60,593 bases of DNA from positions 6,689,635-6,750,227 of the forward strand of contig BFEA01000002.1 of NCBI GenBank assembly GCA_003427395.1, given 5' to 3'. The stretch comes from Chara braunii. Lineage: Eukaryota > Plantae > Charophyceae. Below, one piece after another: positions 51,591 to 60,593 of the stretch. The notes beneath the pieces are model-generated. The model saw nothing but the letters and a program-made list of their open reading frames with translations, had not been told where the DNA came from and made no database searches. Every line of letters begins with the position of its first letter. The first letter of the stretch is position 1. Both the position numbers and the translations under genes were made by a program.

Positions 51591-53735
51591 CAATGCTTCA
51601 TCTTGTCTTTGATTGAATGAGGGATCGCCAAGCAACCCTAAGGATTACATTATCTTCTTCATAGTTTTCTTTCCAAAGAAAAACTATTACTTGTTGTTGA
51701 AAAGTTTTTGTTCCCGTTGTCATACCAAATACCCTTACAAGGGTATTTGGCGTGTTTCCTGCAAGTCACACTAGTGCAGCTTCGCCCGTTTGACAGCGTG
51801 CCTGGGGTATCGACGGCAAGGCGCGACCATGCGCGGGTTTGAGTGTGTGCCGCGTCGCACGCCAGCGAGACGTGCGACCCCTAGACCCCTTGCTTTTTCT
51901 TTGTTCCCTCGTGTTTTTATTTATTTTTATTATTTTTATTATTTCTACTCCTACTTTTATTTTTACGGGTGTCCTTGACCCGGTGACCGGTTCCGAGACC
52001 GACGTTGGGCCCCACTGGTCTGGCTCGGCTATTACCTTGTCGGGCACGGGTGGCCATTACGGCAGTCAAAAACCTTGATCCCGCATCTCTTTCGGTGGGG
52101 CCGCTTGGATTCCTGCGGGTTCTGGATGCTGGCCAAATTCCTCTACCCATGCACTTTAAAATTCGAACCGGGGAGTTTGACCTGCATGTGACCCGGTCGG
52201 TATTTAGCCCACGGGGAGGAAGAAATTAGAGTGGCGGGGCTCGCTGTGGATGCGGTCCGCCGCCCACCATTTGTTGTAAGAGGTTAGTGTGGGAGCATGC
52301 CCTTTGGACAAAAAGGGGTGGTGGGCCTTGCCTGGGCGCACTGGGATGGGGGCGCCAGGGCAGAGGTCGTAGACTGCAGCAGCGGAACACTTGGAACCCG
52401 CCCTGGCTTCAGTCTCCAAAGTTCTCATTCAAGATATCTACCACTGCCACTAAGATCTGCATTGGGACTCGTCCCACCTGGCCTCAAGCAGGCAGGCCAG
52501 AGGCGCTGTGAGGAAGGTTGCAGTGATACTGCTGCACTCGTTCAGTCCAACCAGGGCTGATTGGTTCGGTGGTAAGTTGTGTCGCACTCTCTAGCGGATA
52601 TCAATTTCCAAGACCACCGTCCTACTATTGGTATTAGACACCATCCTTGTGGAGTCCGGGTTAGAGCGCAGATTAGCGCAGATGGGAGGCGGTGACTAGC
52701 ACAACTGAGGGAACGAATGCAGCAAAAGAGAAGCAGAGAATAGAATGAACCTGGATGGGATTTCTCATCGGGTACATTCGAGGAGTAGAATGGCGGAGCT
52801 GAGAGGGAGAGTAGCTATGGTGGGTTGTACAACACATAGCTCGCTCGATTCTTGATGGAATAGGGCGAGCCGAGAGTCGAACTTGGGGTTTTAATGTAGG
52901 GCGAATCTATTGGCAGGGTCAGTTTGGCGGTATGAGGTATGTTTGAGGAGCTGGAAGAGAAAACTGGTGGGCGGAGCTATGGCGGGAACGAAGAAGGAAG
53001 AAAATGGAAAACTCATATCTCGCTCGTTTCCGGATGGAATCGGGTGAGGAAAGATGCAAACCTGGGGGTTTTGGACCAGGCGAATTCAATGGTAGCGTTA
53101 GTTTTGGCAATAGATTAGTGTAGAAGGAGGTTAGTAAAGAAAGTTGTGCACGCGAGATGGCGGGAACCAGGAAGAAGGAGAGGCGAAATTACGTATCTCG
53201 CTCGTTTCCCGATGGAATCGAAAGAGGATTTTTTCTCGTGAATAAGCAGGTTGCTTATCTTGGAACAAGTTGGTACCGAGCCCAAGTAGCGGTCCGGACA
53301 TTCGGACATGGTCTGTGTACAGCAAAGCAGGGTTGTCAGGCGTTAATAATAAGTTTTTTTAATTTTGGTTTTTTGAATTCGTTTTTTGAATTTCGTTCTG
53401 CTGTGGTTCTGTGTTTTCGAATGGTCCGTGCTCCGCGCCTGTTTTTCGAACCAGGCCGGGAGCTCGTAGAGCTTTTTGTATATTAACTGGCGGACAAGTC
53501 GGTTAGACTCCTCTTCGGTCCTCACCGAAAGGGAGTCATCATCGCCATGCGTGACTCTTCGGGCCTGATGGATGGATCGGTGTCCTGGGGTTGTGGACTG
53601 TTGGCGGGAGGTCTTGCGCGATTGCGCTAATTACGGCATTTTCTGAGCCAAGACTACTCGAGTACTTTGCTTTTGCAATCTTGCGTTCTGCAATCTTTGC
53701 GTTTGCAAGTGTTTCGTGTGTCATCTTTGCTTCTA

Positions 53736-54268
53736 GCTATCAACAGAAAAAATTCCCAGAATTAAATAATCATTCTAGAGTAAAATTACATTTTAAATTT
53801 CAAATTTTCATTCCATCTTAAAAAATGTCATTCCAATTTTAAAATTTCCCATCTTACTTGAAAACTTTCCTTCCAAAAATGGGGTATCCCTTCTTATTTG
53901 AACTTCATGCTACAGATGGAATGAAAGTCTGGATGAGTTCATGAAATATTTTAATTGGACTGTAATTCTAAGTAAGGATTTCCAGTCATAAATAGGTTAA
54001 TCCAATCTAAATTAGAAGATCTTTGTTGTAGTCGAATAAAATTATAATTAAAATATTTCATAAACTCGTCTAGACTTCCATTCCATCTTGAACAAATAGA
54101 TGTAATTGGAAGGGAAGGCTCATATTTAGAAGGGAACTTATCAAATTGAATTGGAAATTTTAGAATTGGACGAACATTGAAATGATAATTTATAAATATG
54201 AAGGATTTTTTTTTTATGGAATGTTTTTTCAACTTTCATTTCTCGCGAGAATTTTTTTGTTGATTGGC
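53736..54268. mobile_element. AT-rich diverged fold-back element
   Basis: 53914-53956 is the reverse complement of 54047-54088. Outer arms atcaacagaaaaattc / gaatttttttgttgat. Confidence 0.7.
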
Positions 54269-54426
54269 GTCGTAACCTGCTAGGCAATCATACCTAGAGG
54301 GGGTGGCGGCGAAGTTCGCGGATAAAGTGAAGAGGAAGACGATTTTCGATTGTGACGACTGTGAGAGAATCGAGCGGGTGTTTTGGTTGAGGCATAGACT
54401 GTCGTGGGTGACCGCGAGTGTCAAGG

Positions 54427-55609
54427 ATGAGTCAAGGGAGTACTGAGAGTGGCCCGGTCTCCGGCAGATCCGATGAATCAACCGGAAGCGTAGGAGGAAG
54501 ACCACCACTCCGGAGTCAGGAGAATAGGATGGCGGGCCGTACCTGCTTTCGTTGCGGGAAGCCCGACCATTTCGCCAATGTTTGTGACGAGTACTGGGAT
54601 GCCCGGGGTAAGGGTATCCCCTTTGTACCGCCGCCACCACCGCTGGTGCGTAGCGGTCGCACCATGGCAATCGGTGCGGAAAAGCGAAGCCACTCGGCTG
54701 ACAATTACGGATCGAGACGCGAAATGGACGAGATGAGCAATATGATGAGGACGTATTTTTTCGAGAAGGCGAAGGAACGGGAGGAGGCCAAGCAGAGGGC
54801 CGTGAGAGAAGAAGCACAACGCAAGGAAGAGGAGGTAAGGAAGGAACAAGAAAAGAAGAGATTACAGGAGTTGGAGGAAAAGAAATGCGCTGAAGATGAA
54901 CAAGACGCGCGCCTACTTAGAATGATACGCGAAGAGATCCGTCACGAAAGTGGAAAGGAGAACGAAAGTGCTTCTCGAGTGAAACGTGCAGTGGTCAAGC
55001 GTAACGAGAGAGGTGAGACGGTCGAGGAAGAAAAAGAGCGGCTAAGACGTGAGATAGCTCTACGAGAAGAGGCCGAGGAAGACGCGGAGCTAATCCTGCT
55101 GCGACGGAGGGCGGCAGGACTGGAGATCAATGAAAAGCGTAAGAGGGGCAAGGAAGTGGCGGTGGGTGATAGCCCGCCTATGACTACCCCGACGAAAGGA
55201 CAACGGACTGTCCTGGGCACGACTTCAAAATTGAGGATTGAGGAACTGTGCGATTTCGGCCATATGGCGAGTACGTCTTCTCCAATCGCTGAACCAGTCG
55301 GGAAGATCGGGGTGTCCATTAAGCACGTGACTGCGGGAACTGGTCTTGGTGCGCGCGCAAAGTACAAAGAGGAGATCCGAGCTCTGTACGAGGCCCTGAC
55401 GGTAGACGAATGAAAGGACGCCTGTAAAAACGAGCGGATCGCTTACGGGAAGAGAGCTGGCGATTAATCGTTTGGTGACGCGTCGTGCTATCAAGGCGTA
55501 TGATCCTGTTAATGTTTCGCTGCCTACCACACCGTGTCCAAGGAGGTCGATGAGAACACAGAAAGGCAGTGGTTCCGAAGGACAGGACGAAGGAGGTGAC
55601 TTAGAGTGA
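54427..55609 (+). pseudogene. ORF1 of a Penelope-like element: CCHC knuckle, coiled coil, SAP/HeH-like tail
   Basis: CFRCGKPDHFANVC and E/K/R-rich helix. Reading through TGA 55411 and one frameshift gives LTVDExKDACKNERIAYGKRELAINRL. Confidence 0.65.
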
Positions 55610-55699
55610 GGGAACGGACCTAATGATCTATAGCGAAGCGTCGACGAACTGACCAAGCTACGCAAGTCATATGGGTGTAAAGGGGATGACGAACGGCGA

Positions 55700-57911
55700 A
55701 TGAGAGCGGCTGTCCTAGGACTGATTTTAGCGGGAGAATTGCGGTGGGGCGAAAAGTACTTAAAACTATGGAAGCAAGAGGCGTTTTTCAGAAGATTGGA
55801 CCTTCGATCTCCACGAAGCTGTGTTTATGTAGTTATCTCTTCGTGGTTTAAGCAAACATACATAGGTATGACTGAAAGGACTCTGTCTGAGAGATGGCTT
55901 AAGCACTTGAAGTGTGTAAGGAGTGGGGACAGCAAGCGATCGAGAAACTTGTATAATTGGTTAGGCAAGGTTGGGGTTCACTCGTACGTGGCAATACCGG
56001 TTTACTTTAGCTCGGACAGAAGAGAACTAGAGGCCGTTGAACGGACTCTGATCAGGGTATGGTCGCCATCCCTGAACTCGAAAGGAGGGAAGTGGCGTTC
56101 GAGGAAACGAAGACGGCGAGGAAGGAGTGAACGGAGGAGGGATGTTGTAAGGAGAGAGATCGAAGGCGGGAAGAAAGGAAGAGAGAGTGGAGTGTGTGGG
56201 AAAAGTTCGATCATAGCCCTACGAAGGGAAGGAGGTGAACGGACGGTTCGAGTGGTCGACCTGTTGTGAAGCCTGACCAAGGCTCCGCGGGGCGTTGGGA
56301 TACGTATCTGGACGGACGGTGGTGGTAGCTGGGCTGACAATTGGCGTGTTGTGCGGCGGATGTTCGGCGAGTCCCGGGTGTGTGTAGGGAAACGTACTAC
56401 ACCGTTGCGGAAATGTAAAAGGTTGTTCGAAGCCTAAGGATGGATCACAGTTCGGGACGTGACCGAGGCTACACCGAAAGCACTGAAGCTGAAGCAGGAC
56501 TTGGTCGGCATTTTCAAGGACAAACGGAAGACGCAGGGACTGTATAGTAAGTCACAGGATGAGCTGGTCGAATACTATGCGGCGGCTAAGCTGTTTTCGG
56601 AAAAACGGAGTAGGACGAAGGGAAGGCGAATCATCTCCGATGTGTTTAGGAGGGGGGTTGGGATAAATGTTCGAAGAAGAATCGTCGTGAAGGTCGAGTT
56701 TGACGACAGAATTAAGAAGAACGAAGTGGTGAAACTGATGCGGCGGGGAATTGGAGAACTGCCTATCAATCAGGCTGTTGCGAGGATGGTGCGTAGACGC
56801 GCCTGTGTTGTTTAGACAAGAAGTCCGAACGTGGGCGATCTAATCCATAATCACCGCCGCTTTGCAGCGGATGGCGTCTCTAAGTGCATTTGCACTAGCA
56901 TGCCCTTCCCTAGACAGGGAGGGCACGTCCATTTTCGCATCGGTGATTGGCAAGGCTGCCCTGCGATAGCCCGAAATGCTAAGAATATACCGAAGAATGC
57001 GAGGGCAGGACTGTCGGCAAGAGTGTCCAAGGAAGTGGCCGATGGTTTCGCGGATTTGAGTTGGTAAGGAAGCAGGATAGGGAAAGTTGGATTCACAAGG
57101 GAGGAAGTTGACGCGTGCATAAGGGCAGATGGGATTGGAGATAGCGGTGATGCAGATGTGGTGCGTCATTTGCGGAAAGACCTGAGAGGGCTTGTCTGTT
57201 GCCCGCTGGATTGGAATCCAGGGGACACACTGGTCATGTGTCCAGCAGCATATTCTGAAGGAATGAGGGCGACCTTCACGCACAATGAAGGGTATGTAAC
57301 TCGCGAGGAAACTGAAGAGGAGGTTATCGGGTTGACACACGCGGCTTACAAATGTGGGAATTTCGATCAGATTGCGCCTTGGAAGAAGGTGGGAAGACTG
57401 GGTAGAGCCAACATCTTGCCAAAGCACAAGGACACGGAGAAATACGACCGGTCTGTCCAACCTTCAGTGAGGCAAGTAATGCGGCATGTAGGAAGATAGC
57501 ACGCGCACTGAATGGTATGCTGTTTGCAATTCCCGAGAGTAAACATTTCAACTTGAAGTCGGTCTCTTAGCTGCGGGGGAGACTGATTAGGATTAACCAG
57601 ATATGCGTCATGTTTGTAAGAATGTGCAGATCGCGACTAGCTAGTACGATATCAAAGATATGTTCAGTAGACTCCCGCATGAGACGATTGTGCGAGCTGT
57701 TGATTGGTGCATCTGGTGGTTCGAGTCGAAAGGTTTCCGGGGTGTGTTTGTTAGACGGAGAGGGAAAGGCACCTCATTCAGCAGGCAAGAAAGCGTTGAT
57801 GGTTTTCAGTTCATAAGTTTGGGAATGATCTGGGGTTTTGTAAATTTCGAGTTGGAAGGTTGTTTCACGGTGGCAGGAAAGATTGTCTTGCAACAGATTA
57901 TAGGAATCCCG
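55700..57911 (+). pseudogene. Penelope-like ORF with N-terminal GIY-YIG endonuclease then RT (Naiad/Chlamys-type order), 3' truncated
   Basis: CVYVV..TYIGMT..ERWLKH..ERTLI..PSLN; CIC..GH linker; LVCCPLDWN..LVMCP, ILPKHKD, YDIKDMFSRLPH, QQIIGIP. Similarity stops before the YxDD motif. Confidence 0.82.
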
Positions 57912-58811
57912 ATAGATTATATTTTGACAGGTAGCGATCCTGGCAATCCACTCTGTATGGGGGGGATTTTGCCATAGCTCTACCATTCTTTAGATACTGG
58001 CTTAGAGATAGACTTAGGCTTGGTTATCAGGAGAGTCTTAAATGAGAATGTGTCATGGGGATTTGTTCTCCATACACTAATGATTTAGCTTGGGCTCGCG
58101 AGAGGTATGGCTGGTGCACTCGGCCGGAGCGGCTTGCGGAAGCTCCATGTATATTCGCGACGAGGATCAGACCAGCTCCTGCGTGACGTGGTCGGGAGGG
58201 TCCCGGCCCGTTTTGTGCAGTGTCGGACCGATGCACCCGACATCGCTTTACTCATAGTCCAAAACCCAAATTCATACCAAATCGAAGCTAAGACAACATT
58301 GGTTCATTTTTTCCAACACTAGTCTGAAAATTCATTCATCATGGATGTAAGGTTTTTCCACGGTTGTGAGTGAAACTCCTAAGATACGCACTGGAAGTCT
58401 TTTTTTTTNNNNNNNNNNNNNNNNNNNNNNNNNNNNNNNNNNNNNNNNNNNNNNNNNNNNNNNNNNNNNNNNNNNNNNNNNNNNNNNNNNNNNNNNNNNN
58501 NNNNNNNNNNNNNNNNNNNNNNNNNNNNNNNNNNNNNNNNNNNNNNTTTTTTGGTTTTTTTAGTCGTCATTTGTGCGGTTTTTATAGCCCTGGGCGCAAC
58601 GACAAAAGGGAGGGAGCGGGCATTACAGCTTTTAAGGCTATAGCTACAACGCCAAAAATGAATGGATATTTTTAACTATTTCTAAGAAGAAAAAAAATGT
58701 TCATGTGCATTTCATAGCGCTTGTGGTGCAGGTTTTGTATGTGGTGAAGCAAGATATGGATCCAAGTCCGACATGGTGGGGGGGGGTGTAAACCCGCAAC
58801 TTGAAAAAAAA

Positions 58812-58816
<5 letters not shown>

Positions 58817-58870
<54 letters not shown>
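58817..58870. repeat. (TA)n microsatellite
   Basis: Direct reading. Confidence 0.95.
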
Positions 58871-58873
<3 letters not shown>

Positions 58874-59505
58874 CCCCTTAAGCGCGAGCGGCCCGCGAGG
58901 GGAGGCTGTGTTCGCTTCGTGCCGGAATCGGGCCGAAATTTTGATTCGGGTCAGCGGATGAAGGCGATCCAGAGAGGGGCGGTGTGCAGAGTGGCGCGTG
59001 TACCGAATTGTTTACAGCGCGCCAAAAAACGAGTGAGCGCGTCCATCAGGCCAAGCGGCGGAGGGCGTTGATGCGAGGGAATATCTCGAAGCGTCCGCCG
59101 TCGGATAGTCGTCCCCCTTTTTTTTGTTAATTTATTTTCAGTTCTTTTTTTTTTTCTTTTCTTTTTCCTTTTTCCGTCGTCGGTTGGTTTTCTTTTTATT
59201 TTCTTTTTTCTTTGTTATTCCGTTGCAATCTTATGTCGTGTTCGCCCCTTTTCCGTCGCATTTATCTGATTTCGCTTTTCCTGTCGTATTCTTCTGTCGT
59301 GTTCCCCCCTTTTCCGTCGCATTTCTTTGATTTCGCTTTTCCTGTCGTATTCTTCTGTCGTCTGACCTGCCTTTTTTTTATTTTTCCTTTTTTTCGAATT
59401 CGGCTGTCGTGTTGCCCCTTCTTTTAAGTTGGCAACGACAAAAGCAAGGAGGCCCGGCCGGCGGCAGCTACGCACCAACCCCCACCCAACCAGCCGCACC
59501 CACAC

Positions 59506-59538
<33 letters not shown>

Positions 59539-59877
59539 TGTTAGTATTAGTATATATACATATATTAGTATTAGTATATACAGTATTTGAAGTCTGTGCA
59601 CAATGGTTGGGTTGGGGTTTGAACCCACGCACAGATTTCGAAATACCCAATTGCCCGATGCTATAACCACTATGGTGGACTGGGTCCCTGTCTGTTTTTG
59701 GGGACTGCTGTCTTTTGAAGTGTATCCGACGTCAGCCTGCTGGCACGTCAGGATGTGGCTGTGTGTCCGAACCCTAACGTCGCGCAGGCGGGTTCGGGCC
59801 AAGCATTTTCAAGCGTGAAGTTTGACGATTTTTCACACTCAGAAAAATTGGCAAACAAATCTGAAAATTTGATATCA

Positions 59878-60200
59878 TGTAGATTAGGCCGTGATCTTTC
59901 CAGGAAAAATATCAGAAAAATAAAAAAATCAAATTTAACGGTGAAGTAAATGCCGCACTGTTTTGTCACATTTTCTATTTTTGCAACTCTACCACGTATG
60001 GGCCAATGGGACAAGAAACCCAACTTTCGCGATTTTTTGCAATCTGAAGGATGACCCAACAACCCTGAAACTTTGAGGGTCTATAGATTTGGTCGTGATC
60101 TTTACATGAAAAATATTAAAACAAATAAGAAAAATCATTTCAACTGTGAAATAAATCGCGGGGGTAATTCAATGCAAATTTTGAATTTTGCCACTCTGCC
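59878..60200. repeat. Diverged ~205-bp-period direct repeat
   Basis: tagattaggccgtgatctttccaggaaaaatat versus tagatttggtcgtgatctttacatgaaaaatat. Confidence 0.6.
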
Positions 60201-60593
60201 AGCTCCCGCCACTGTACTACCGATAGCCCTCATGGACCTGTGGTCCTGTGCTACCGGTTCCCCCTATTTTTTTTTTTATTTTTTTTTTAAAGGGCGGCAG
60301 TCTTTAGATATATCCACAGGTGACCAGGGGCCTGGAGGGAGATCCCACTAACGATGTATGTGGGCTGGTGTGACGGTTGCAGGACCGACTAGCAATACGT
60401 AAAACGGTGTATGGCGCCCGTTTTGCATTTAAAAACATAAAAAAAAAAAAAAAACCATTCTTTTTTTTTCGAAATTGCAAAGTATTGCAAAGTAAAGAAC
60501 CCGCCAGCAAAATCCCTGCGTTACTCTGACGGCCTCATCATGACAGTGGAGTAGCGCCAACACACTTTTTTTTTTTTTTTTTTTTTTTTTTTT

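Noticed and set aside
55411-55413. In-frame TGA as selenocysteine (as in some Naiad PLEs)
   Set aside because: It sits where Leu is expected (TTA to TGA), the element has many other stops, and no SECIS was identified.

Overview
Eukaryotic, repeat-saturated draft-assembly DNA with five N gaps. The giant TE-filled intron, the PV42-type gene and the Penelope-like element suggest a charophyte alga such as Chara (inference). Only one host gene is supportable: a minus-strand SnRK1 gamma-like (PV42-type, CBS-domain) gene of about 521 aa in two exons (24866-24481 and 1370-191), split by a 23.1-kb GT-AG intron. The intron holds a shredded Ty3/gypsy pol relic, nested MITEs (TTAA, TAA and 8-bp target duplications), poly(A)-tailed structured LINE 3' ends and a full-length, decayed 8.6-kb L1/Tx1-like LINE with a 13-bp TSD. 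Upstream of the gene lie more MITEs and a truncated LTR retrotransposon (LTR, PBS, gag). The most unusual part is 42.4-57.9 kb. It has a degenerate type-I hammerhead motif, a possible catalytically dead RT relic and several decayed ORFs built from unrecognised tandem protein domains. It ends in a two-ORF Penelope-like element (CCHC/coiled-coil/SAP-like ORF1, then GIY-YIG followed by RT). These may form one giant multi-ORF retroelement, which is a hypothesis only. All motif calls were made by eye; no searches were run.
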